Shown here piece by piece: positions 38,875 to 47,446 of a stretch of DNA of 64,000 nt. The DNA is from Longimicrobiales bacterium (GTDB lineage: Bacteria > Gemmatimonadota > Gemmatimonadetes > Longimicrobiales > Gaopeijiaceae). The notes under the pieces are model-generated. The model was given only the letters and a program-made list of their open reading frames with translations, searched no databases and had not been told where the DNA came from. The number at the start of each line of letters is the position of its first letter. The stretch's first letter is position 1. The translations under genes and the position numbers were made by a program. Where the stretch lies: assembly GCA_965238005.1 (NCBI GenBank), contig OZ250165.1, positions 3,072,001-3,136,000 of the forward strand, written 5' to 3'.

Positions 38875-40077
38875 CTACACGAGAACCTTGGGCAGCACCG
38901 GGTTCAGGTGCATCAAGATGTCGTAGACTGATCGGTCGGTGGCCGCGGCTAGGGCATTGGGACGGATCGCCGGATCGTCGGGTCCCAGCAGCGTCGCCAC
39001 GTCGCCGATGGATACGGTGGGCTCGTCGCCGAGCTCGACGATGGTGTGGCTGGCACTCACTGCACCGATGGCCGGATAGAGGGCGCCGTTGATGAGGACC
39101 CGCGCACCGTTCACCGCCTTGCGCGGATATCCGTCTGTGTGGCCCACGGGCAGCGTGGCGATCCAGGTGGCCCGCTCCGCGGTGTACTCGCGTCCGTAGC
39201 TAACGCTGTCACCCATCCGGAGCCGCTCTACCCGCACCACCCGCGCGCGCAGTCGCACGGCAGGGTGTAGCTCGGCGATGGCGCGCTCGCTCTCTTCGTC
39301 GCTGGGGTATGCCCCAAAGATGGCGATGCCCGGGCGCACCAGATCGAGATGTGCCTCTGGGAGGTGGTACACTCCGTTGGACGAGGCCGCGTGCAGCGCA
39401 CCCAGCTGGAATCCGCGCTCCTTGGCAGCGCCGGTGACCTCGATGAAGCGTCGGAGCTGCTCTCGATCGAACTCCGGTTCCTCGGTGAACCCCATGAAGG
39501 TGCTCTGGATATCGAGCCCTAGGGGCGCCACCTCATCGAGCCACGGGATGGCTCGATGGTACGGGATGCCCATGCGGCTCATCCCGGTATCGAGATACAC
39601 GTGGACGCGAGCCGAATGGCCCGCCTGCCGCGCGGCTCTGGCCACCCGCTCCCCTGAGTCGTCGGTCCCCAGGATGAGGTCGATGTTCCGAGCCACGAGC
39701 TCCGGGCCGTCAGCGTCCGAGAACAGACCCATGAGCAGGACCGGCTTCCGGATCCCGGCGTCGCGCAGCGTTATGGCGGCATCCGTCTTGACCACCGCGA
39801 ACCCCATGATCTCCGGCAGCTCCTCGAGCACTGCTGCGACCGTGGCCAGCCCGAGGCCGTAGGCATTGTTCTTGATCACGGCCATGATGGGGCGCCCCCC
39901 GGACAGTCGGGCGACCACGCTCACGTTGTACCGGAGGGCCGCTGGATCGATCTCCAGCCAAGGATCGAACCGCTCCGTGGGGTCGGGCACCTGGGCGGTC
40001 GTGGAAGAGAGTGAGAGCGGCCGCGCGAGGGCCGCGGTGGCTGCGCCGGCCACGAAGGTGCGACGAGACACATTCAT
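38875..40077 (-). CDS. alr: Alanine racemase family enzyme with Tat signal
   Basis: SRRTF signal; AVIKNNAYG (PLP Lys), DTGMSRMG, VRPG, SYG, G..DG. Confidence 0.88.
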   Translation of the reverse strand: MNVSRRTFVAGAATAALARPLSLSSTTAQVPDPTERFDPWLEIDPAALRYNVSVVARLSGGRPIMAVIKNNAYGLGLATVAAVLEELPEIMGFAVVKTDAAITLRDAGIRKPVLLMGLFSDADGPELVARNIDLILGTDDSGERVARAARQAGHSARVHVYLDTGMSRMGIPYHRAIPWLDEVAPLGLDIQSTFMGFTEEPEFDREQLRRFIEVTGAAKERGFQLGALHAASSNGVYHLPEAHLDLVRPGIAIFGAYPSDEESERAIAELHPAVRLRARVVRVERLRMGDSVSYGREYTAERATWIATLPVGHTDGYPRKAVNGARVLINGALYPAIGAVSASHTIVELGDEPTVSIGDVATLLGPDDPAIRPNALAAATDRSVYDILMHLNPVLPKVLV

Positions 40078-40325
40078 GATTCACCCGCTCCGTTGAGTCA
40101 TCTGGGCATGGACGCAAGGACGTCCGGCCGAGGCAAACGACACCGACAGGGTCGCGCGCGGACCACGGTCCCGCCGGGCGATGGTACCACCTGCGCTGGC
40201 GAGAATCTAGACCGTAACGCAGCCCCGAGCGAATTGGCCCGGGAGGCTCTCCACCGACGAGAGTCTTTGCAACCGAGTTGATGACCGGCCCGGCATCCCG
40301 CAATATGACCTCCTCCGTGGAAACC

Positions 40326-40511
40326 CTAGTGTTCCGTTTCCGAAGTTCGCGAGCCACCAAGAGGGTCGGGGCGCCGTGGGATCAAGGCGGGACGACGCGG
40401 CGTAGCGCAAGCGGGCACCGCGCGAAGCGTGGTCGTAAGGAGTTCCAACGCCGAGCCCACGGATGCACCGTGCCCTCGACTGGCCGAGACACTTTGGTAA
40501 CGGGACACTAG
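40326..40511. mobile_element. 186-bp MITE, copy 2, CTAG at both ends
   Basis: ctagtgttccgtttccgaag...ctttggtaacgggacactag. Confidence 0.88.
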
Positions 40512-40591
40512 CATGTCGGGGGCGACCCCACGGGAGGATTTCGGGCAGCGGCCAGGCACGCTCGCGTGGCCCTCCCGAGCGTAGAGGGCGT

Positions 40592-41647
40592 ATGGCAGAA
40601 GCTCACATCGTCGGCTCCATACTCGGCACGGCCATCGGAGACTCCATCGGGTTACCGTACGAGGGTCTGTCTCGTCGCCGGGCCGAGAGGCTCCTGGGTC
40701 CGCCCGATCGGCATCGCTTTTTTTTGGGGCGTGGAATGGTCTCCGACGACACGGAGCACACGTGCATAGTGGCCCAGTCCCTCATCGGCTCCGGTGGGAA
40801 CCCCGACGCCTTCGAGCGACAGCTGGCCTGGGGATTCCGTCTCTGGGTCCTGGGTCTGCCTGCAGGGATCGGGTTCGCCACGCTGCGCTCCGTCCTCAAG
40901 CTCTGGCTCGGCGACAGCCCCGGGAGGAGCGGAGTCCACTCCGCCGGGAACGGTCCGGCGATGCGGGCTGCGATTATCGGGGCTGCCGTTTCGGATGGTG
41001 AGAAGCTGAGTCGCCTGGTCCGCTCGTCGACGCGGATCACCCACACGGATCCCAGGGCCGAGTCCGGTGCGCTGGCCGTTGCACTGGCAGCTCAGATGGC
41101 CTGCCAAAGTGAAGTCGTTGCTGGAGAAGCGTTCCTGGATCGCTTCAGCGCCCATACCGATGGACCGGACGGCGAGCTGGCGGGCCTCATCGCGGACGTC
41201 GTCCGGGCCGCAGACGATGGCCGGAGCACCGCCGAGTTCGCCGCATCCCTGGGGCTCTCAAAGGGCGTTTCAGGTTTCGTCTGTCATACCGTACCGGTGG
41301 CACTCCACGCCTGGCTGACGAATCAGCGTGACTTTCGATCTGCCGTGCGCGCGGTGATCCAATGTGGTGGTGATGCCGATTCGACGGGTGCCATCGTCGG
41401 GGGCATCGTGGGAGCCTCCGTGGGCAGAGAGGGAATTCCGGAGGAGTGGCTGGAGCGGCTGATCGAGTGGCCACGCTCCACGGCGTGGATGGAGAGGCTC
41501 GCTGCACAGCTCGACTCCACGATGCGTTCCGGCGTCGCGACCCGACCCATCAGGCTGCCGGTCTACGGCGTCGTCCCTCGGAACCTCTTCTTCCTCATCG
41601 TAGTGCTGCTGCACGGGGCGCGGAGGGCGTTCCCGCCCTATGGATAG
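40592..41647 (+). CDS. ADP-ribosylglycohydrolase (DraG/ARH)
   Basis: GDSIG.PYE, SDDT, SAGNG.AMR, TH, GGDADS.GAI.G. Confidence 0.9.
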   Translation: MAEAHIVGSILGTAIGDSIGLPYEGLSRRRAERLLGPPDRHRFFLGRGMVSDDTEHTCIVAQSLIGSGGNPDAFERQLAWGFRLWVLGLPAGIGFATLRSVLKLWLGDSPGRSGVHSAGNGPAMRAAIIGAAVSDGEKLSRLVRSSTRITHTDPRAESGALAVALAAQMACQSEVVAGEAFLDRFSAHTDGPDGELAGLIADVVRAADDGRSTAEFAASLGLSKGVSGFVCHTVPVALHAWLTNQRDFRSAVRAVIQCGGDADSTGAIVGGIVGASVGREGIPEEWLERLIEWPRSTAWMERLAAQLDSTMRSGVATRPIRLPVYGVVPRNLFFLIVVLLHGARRAFPPYG

Positions 41648-41694
41648 CCACTGCCGCGTGGATAGCCACTGCCGCATGGATGGCCGCTGCCGCG
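41641..41694 (+). repeat. Three 18-bp tandem repeats spanning the ARH stop codon
   Basis: tggatagccactgccgcg / tggatagccactgccgca / tggatggccgctgccgcg. Confidence 0.85.
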
Positions 41695-41722
41695 GCGGCC
41701 GTCCGGAACGGATCCGGGTCGG

Positions 41723-42437
41723 ATGAAGTACGCCGTCTTCTTCCTGGCCTGCAGCGTCGGTCTCGCCGTCGTCGCCTTCCCGTGGGCCGCCTCCTCCGTC
41801 CTCCTGCTGTGGGGGAGCCTGGCCCTGGGAGTGGTGGGCCTGGGCTACGTGGGGGTCGGTCCGCGCATCTTCGGGAAGAGTCCAGACGGGCGGATGAGAC
41901 CGCTGAACGTACTCGTTCTCGCTCCCTATCTCCTCCCGACGTGGTCCCTGTGGCACTTGAGCCGCGCCCTGCGACGCGAAGCGCCCTTCAACCAGCTCGT
42001 CGAGGGTATCACCATCGGGAGGCGGCTCCTCCCGGGTGAGTACCCGGAGGAAATCGAGTCGGTGGTGGATCTGACGGCCGAGTTCCCCGAGTCGTTCCGC
42101 ATCAGACAGGGCCGTATCTACTTGGGCATTCCCGATCCTGGACGGGTCACGCTCCACGCCGGCGGCCCTCGAGCAGCTAGCGCGCGAGATCCTGGAGCTG
42201 CCGGGCGACGTCTACATCCACTGTGCGGAGGGCCACGGCCGGACAGCACTGGTCGCCACTTCTCTCCTGTTGGCTCGCGGTGACGTGCAGAGCGCCGGCG
42301 AGGCGGTCGCGTGGGTGCTGGAGCGCCGGCCGTTGGCCCGCATGAACGCCACTCAGCGCAAGGCCGTGTACTACATGGCCGAATCCTATTCCAGGTCTAA
42401 GGAGATCCGCTCGGACTTCTGCCCCTCCTCCTCATAG
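41723..42437 (+). CDS. Membrane-anchored dual-specificity phosphatase; frameshift at ~42124
   Basis: TM helices, VVDLTAEF, then in the shifted frame FPILDG...VYIHCAEGHGRT (HCxxGxxR). Confidence 0.8.
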
Positions 42438-43001
42438 ATCTCCCAACCCCCTCGGACACCACCGTTCAGGAAGTCGGCGGAGCGGACCGTATAACGGCCT
42501 ACCTCGATCTCTGTGAAGACAGGCTCCCGCGCACCACCGGCGAGGCGCCAGAGCCCCTGGATGAATAGCTTCACCGGCGACCGGGAGCCGAAGTCGCCCT
42601 GGTAGTAGGTGCCGATAACCCCCTGGATGGAGGTGAAAGACTGGATAAGCGGCTCGGCGGTTCGATCCGTAGCCCTGAGGAGGACACATGAAGCTCTTGA
42701 TCAAGCTGGCTCTGGTGGCTGGTCTCGCCGGCGTGGGGTACCTCGGCTGGGGCATGCTCCGCGGCTCCCAGTTCGGTATGAGTGGGGCCCACCCTCTCGG
42801 CACGTTTGAGAAGTTGGATACCTACATGGCGCAGGACGTTGGCTTGCTGAAGGAGAAGATCTCGAGGGTGTCGGTAAGGACATGGGGAAAAGGAAAAATT
42901 TTGAGAAGCGCGTTGACGGGCGGCTTGCCGCGAACAGGCGCCGTCGGCACGTTGACCGCGGTCGCATGCCGGCTCGATGGATCCAGAAAAGGGAGAGGAT
43001 T

Positions 43002-43370
43002 ATGGGTACCCTGCCCCTCGTCGCGATCGGCCTGGTCATTCTCTTCGTGGCCTGGCGTTTGTTCCTCCGCACGCAGGGCACGTGGGTCGAGGTACCTGCC
43101 GATCCCCATGCGTACATAAATCCCGAGCTCGTGCCCCTGGTCGACTGGATGGCCCAACAGGCGGAGGCGCAGATCGGCAGAAGCCTGGTCATCGCCGGAG
43201 ATCCCTTCGCCCTGGGGGCCATCGCCGAGGCGGCGGAAACAGCCCTGGCTGAGCAGAGTGGTGCGGAGACGATCGAGATCGTCGTTTCGCCTTTCATCGG
43301 CGACGCGGAGGGGATGTACGGATTCGGCGTCACGTTGGACCGTGAGGAACGAGAGCAATTCAACCTCTAG
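43002..43370 (+). CDS. Small membrane protein with Hsp70 subdomain-IIB-like region
   Basis: Purine-rich RBS, N-terminal TM, LVDWMA...GDPFAL..IAEAAE.A....S......PFI.DAEG....V.L.R. Confidence 0.6.
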   Translation: MGTLPLVAIGLVILFVAWRLFLRTQGTWVEVPADPHAYINPELVPLVDWMAQQAEAQIGRSLVIAGDPFALGAIAEAAETALAEQSGAETIEIVVSPFIGDAEGMYGFGVTLDREEREQFNL

Positions 43371-43378
43371 AGGTCTGT

Positions 43379-44203
43379 ATGTCGAGAATCCTGTGTTGGC
43401 ACGGACGAGTGACTGCAACGGCCATGTCGCTTGCGCTCGGGCTGACGGACTGTGACCAGCCGGCGGGCGACGGGACGGACACGCTCGCCCAGCTGTTCGC
43501 GGGGGAGCTCGAGGTCATCGATCTCACGCACGCCTTCAGCGGCACGACCCCTTATTGGCCGAGCCCGGCCGGCAACCCCTTCAAGCACGACACCCTCCAC
43601 GCGCATGCGGACGGCTCGCCGGCCATGGCGGCGTACGCCACCCCGGAGCATCACGGAACACACCTCGACGCTCCGGTCCACTCGGCCGAGGGACAGCCAT
43701 CCGTCGATCGACTGACCCCGTACGACCTCTTCGGCCCCGCGGCGGTCATCGACATCTCCGCTCAGGCGGAGACCGACCCGGACTACCGCGTCACGGTGGC
43801 GGACGTGGAGGCCTGGGAGCTGGAGCACGGGCCCATCCCGTCCGGCGCCATCGTGCTCCTGTACACGGGCTGGGCCGAGAAGTACACGGATCCCGTGGCC
43901 TACGCTAACCTCGACGACGAGGGGCGGCTCCGCTTCCCCGGCTTCTCGGCGGAGGTCGGTGAGCGGCTGGTGAACGAGCGGGACATACGGGGCATCGGGA
44001 TCGACAACTTCTCCATCGATCACGGGCTCTCGAGAGACTTTCCCGTCCACGGAATCGTGAACGGGGCGGGCAAGTTCCATCTCGAGAACGTGGCCAATCT
44101 CGGGCAGGTCCCGGCTGTAGGCGCCTACCTCATTGTCGCCCCCATCAAGATCGAAGGCGGCTCTGGCGGACAGGTCAGAATTTTCGCGGTGCTCCCCACA
44201 TAA
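43379..44203 (+). CDS. Cyclase / kynurenine formamidase family protein, probably exported
   Basis: IDLTH, EHHGTHLDAP.H, FPGF, GIGID..S.D, LEN.ANL, GGSGGQVR. Confidence 0.87.
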   Translation: MSRILCWHGRVTATAMSLALGLTDCDQPAGDGTDTLAQLFAGELEVIDLTHAFSGTTPYWPSPAGNPFKHDTLHAHADGSPAMAAYATPEHHGTHLDAPVHSAEGQPSVDRLTPYDLFGPAAVIDISAQAETDPDYRVTVADVEAWELEHGPIPSGAIVLLYTGWAEKYTDPVAYANLDDEGRLRFPGFSAEVGERLVNERDIRGIGIDNFSIDHGLSRDFPVHGIVNGAGKFHLENVANLGQVPAVGAYLIVAPIKIEGGSGGQVRIFAVLPT

Positions 44204-44217
44204 CCTGGAGGAACGTC

Positions 44218-45429
44218 ATGGAGTGGTTTCTCTCCTCTACCTTCCATCGAGCGGCCTTGGTTCTCTTGGCCTCGTCCACCGTCTCCTCGACCGCGCTGGC
44301 CCAGTCGAAGCCCAGGGCCAGGGATCTCGGTGTGCCGTTCGTCGGCACGCCCGGACCCAACAACGCCATCACGGACGTGGCCGGCGTTCGCGTCGCTCAT
44401 ACGACACTGATTCGCGGCGAAGGGGAGCTGCGAGTGGGTGAGGGGCCCGTCCGCACGGGCGTCACCGCCATCCTTCCCCGGGGAGATGACCCTGCCGACC
44501 CGGTCTTCGGCGGTTGGTTCGCCTTGAACGGGAACGGAGAGATGACCGGGACCACGTGGATCGAGGAATCCGGCTTCTTGGAGGGGCCCATCGCCATCAC
44601 CAACACCCATAGCGTCGGTGTGGTCCGGGACGCCATCATCGCCTGGCAACGGGAGAACGGCACAGGCTTCCAGCCCTGGTCGCTTCCGGTGGTAGCGGAG
44701 ACCTACGACGGATCGCTCAACGACATCGACGGCTTCCACGTCAAGCCGGAGCACCTGGTCAGCGCCATCGAAAACGCCTCCTCCGGTCCGGTCGCGGAAG
44801 GGAACGTGGGAGGTGGTACCGGTATGCGCTGTCTTGGATTCAAGTGCGGCATCGGCACGTCCTCGAGGGCCGGTCTCGGAGCCGGTGGTTACACGGTGGG
44901 CGTGCTGGTGCAAGCGAACTTCGGCGGAGGGCGTGGGCTGACCATCGCCGGCGTTCCGGTGGGGAGGGAGTTCGCCCGGGAACGAGAGAACGGCTCCGGG
45001 CCCGAAGCCGGAGCCGGTTCCGGGATCGAGATCGACCTCGAACGGGAGGGCCGGGGCTCCATCATCATTGTGGTGGCCACCGACGCGCCCCTCCTCCCCC
45101 ACCAGCTCAAGAGGATCGCCCGGCGGGCGTCTCTCGGAGTGGCACGCACGGGAGGCATCTCCGGGAACGGCTCCGGCGACATCTTCGTGGCGTTCTCCAC
45201 GGCGAACGCCGGCGCCGCGGCCGCACGTCCGACGACCGAGGTCACGGTGCTCGGCAACTCCCAGATCAGCACGCTGTTTGGAGCGACGGTGGAGGCCACG
45301 GAGGAAGCGATCATCAATGCGATGATCGCCGCCGAGACCATGGTCGGGCGGGACGGCAATCGCTCCGAGGCGATCCCCCACGGCCGGCTTCGTGAGCTTC
45401 TGAGGGCATATAACCGGTTAGGCAATTAA
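44218..45429 (+). CDS. dmpA: DmpA / peptidase S58 (P1) aminopeptidase
   Basis: NAITDV.GV.V.H, NGNGEMTG, PVVAET.D, GGGTGM, G/SII, ATDAP, SGD. Confidence 0.9.
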   Translation: MEWFLSSTFHRAALVLLASSTVSSTALAQSKPRARDLGVPFVGTPGPNNAITDVAGVRVAHTTLIRGEGELRVGEGPVRTGVTAILPRGDDPADPVFGGWFALNGNGEMTGTTWIEESGFLEGPIAITNTHSVGVVRDAIIAWQRENGTGFQPWSLPVVAETYDGSLNDIDGFHVKPEHLVSAIENASSGPVAEGNVGGGTGMRCLGFKCGIGTSSRAGLGAGGYTVGVLVQANFGGGRGLTIAGVPVGREFARERENGSGPEAGAGSGIEIDLEREGRGSIIIVVATDAPLLPHQLKRIARRASLGVARTGGISGNGSGDIFVAFSTANAGAAAARPTTEVTVLGNSQISTLFGATVEATEEAIINAMIAAETMVGRDGNRSEAIPHGRLRELLRAYNRLGN

Positions 45430-45551
45430 AGGGAGGGGTCGGGCGACGACACTTGACCAGGAAGGGCCTGAGCCAGTAACAGTGCCGACGAATCTTCGGG
45501 AGTGGTGGCAATCGCCATTCCACGGCCGGTGAGACTCTAGGAGGGTATTTC

Positions 45552-46184
45552 ATGGCGACGGAGTGGATGATCCGAGGTGTCGAGTACGGAAACTGCAACT
45601 GCGACTACGGTTGTCCTTGTCAGTTCGGTTCGCCCACTACACACGGCAACTGCGAAGCCGTCCTCGGCGGGCACATCGAAGAAGGACATCACGGTGACAC
45701 CCGACTGGACGGCCTGAACTGGGCGATGATCCTGTACTGGCCGGGAGAGATTGCCGAAGGCTACGGCCGGCAGCAGGCCATCATCGACGAGCGAGCGTCA
45801 GACGACCAGCGGGAGGCGCTGGGCCGCATCCTCCACGGGGAGGATACGACACCCGGTGCCACCCATTTCTTCGTCTATAACAGCACCATGTCCGAGGTGT
45901 TCGACACCATCTATGCGCCCATCGAGCTCGACATCGACGTCGATGCGCGCACGGGTCGACTCCGCGTTCCGGATGTGGCCGAATCGACGGGCTCGCCCAT
46001 CATCAATCCCCACTCGGGGGAGCCCTCTCGCGCACGCATCAACCTTCCGAACGGGTTCGAGTACACTGTGGCCGAGATGGGAAGCGGCTCCTCGAAGACG
46101 TATGGGAGCATCGAGCTGGACCTGAACGACAGTTACGGCCAGTTCAACATCCTACACATGAACCAAGACGGCGTGATCCGGTAG
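45552..46184 (+). CDS. DUF1326 protein
   Basis: CNCDYGCPC...C, IDERA...QR.AL. Confidence 0.85.
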   Translation: MATEWMIRGVEYGNCNCDYGCPCQFGSPTTHGNCEAVLGGHIEEGHHGDTRLDGLNWAMILYWPGEIAEGYGRQQAIIDERASDDQREALGRILHGEDTTPGATHFFVYNSTMSEVFDTIYAPIELDIDVDARTGRLRVPDVAESTGSPIINPHSGEPSRARINLPNGFEYTVAEMGSGSSKTYGSIELDLNDSYGQFNILHMNQDGVIR

Positions 46185-46247
46185 GCGGGAGACGTCTCCG
46201 TTGATCGGCGTATCGAGCGGGCCGGACCGTCCAATCGTCTGGGAGCC

Positions 46248-46990
46248 GTGAAGCGCGACCGCGTCGCCGTCCTGTCCGCCCTTGCAGGCGTAACGGCCCT
46301 GGCATGGTCTACCTGCTTCGCATGTCCGCCACCATGGATCCGTCCGCCCCCGTGGAGATGATGCAGGTCCGTCCGTGGGAGCCGGTGGACTTCGGCCTGG
46401 TTCTCCTCATGTGGACAATCATGATGGTCGGCATGATGGTGCCGACGGCCGCCCCCATGACCCTCACCTATGCCGCCGTAGCCCGGAAGGCGGCCCGTGA
46501 TCAGACTCCGGTGCCCCCAACGATGGTATTCGCGGCGGGATACGTCGTGCTGTGGACCCTCTTCAGCGTGCTCGCTACTCTGGCCCAATGGGGTCTTGAT
46601 CAGGCAGCGGTCTTGTCGCCGGTGATGGTGACCACGAGCCCGGCCCTGGGCGCCGGCCTTCTCATCGTAGCCGGCACCTATCAGCTCACACCTTTCAAGC
46701 GGGCTTGCCTCGATCACTGCCGCTCCCCCGCCCACTTCCTCTCGGCCCACTGGAAACAGGGCATCAGAGGTGCCTTCAGGATGGGAATGGAGCACGGGGC
46801 ATTCTGCGTGGGCTGCTGCTGGGCCCTCATGGGCCTCTTGTTCGTTGGCGGCGTCATGAACCTCCTGTGGGTGGCCGCCATCGCGTTCTTCGTGCTGCTG
46901 GAGAAGGTGATGCCGCAGGGTCGGCTGGCCTCGGGGGTGACGGGTGGTGCGCTGATTCTCGCTGGGGTCGCCATGCTGGCGTTGGGCTAG
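46248..46990 (+). CDS. DUF2182 putative metal-binding membrane protein; frameshift at ~46305
   Basis: KRDR..V leader rejoins if tggtc were tgggtc; MW..MM.GMM.P, YQLTP.K.ACL.HCR.P, CVGCCWALM, MN..W, EK. Confidence 0.85.
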
Positions 46991-47011
46991 AAGGTTATTG
47001 AAGAAGTACAT

Positions 47012-47446
47012 TACGGGTACCTGGCGACGGAGTGCGTCTACAGGGACTTCGAGCTGACGGTCGAGTTTAAGCAAGACGCCGACGGCAACAGCGGGGTGTT
47101 TTTCCGTTCTTCCTTGGACGGCACGCGCATCACGGGTTGGCAGGCTGAAGTGGCGCCCAAGGGTCTGTGGACGGGTGGGATCTACGAGTCGTACGGGCGC
47201 GGGTGGCTCGTCCAGCCCACCGCCGAGAAGGAAAGAGCACTCCGTATGGGCGAGTGGAACACCATGCGCGTACGGGTCGTGGATGATCACGTGACGACCT
47301 GGCTGAACGGTGTCGATATGATCGATCTGATGGACGAGGCTATCGGCGCGGCGGAAGGCGTTATCGCGCTACAGATCCATTCCGGAGGCGGAATCAGCGG
47401 AATCAAAGTCCGCTGGCGGAACCTTCGGGTTACGGAGACGCCCTAG
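47012..47446 (+). pseudogene. DUF1080 (3-keto-disaccharide hydrolase) lacking its N-terminus
   Basis: YGYL.T...Y.DFEL..EFK....GNSG, TGGIYE..GRGWL, GEWN, IALQIH, V.WRN. Confidence 0.8.
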
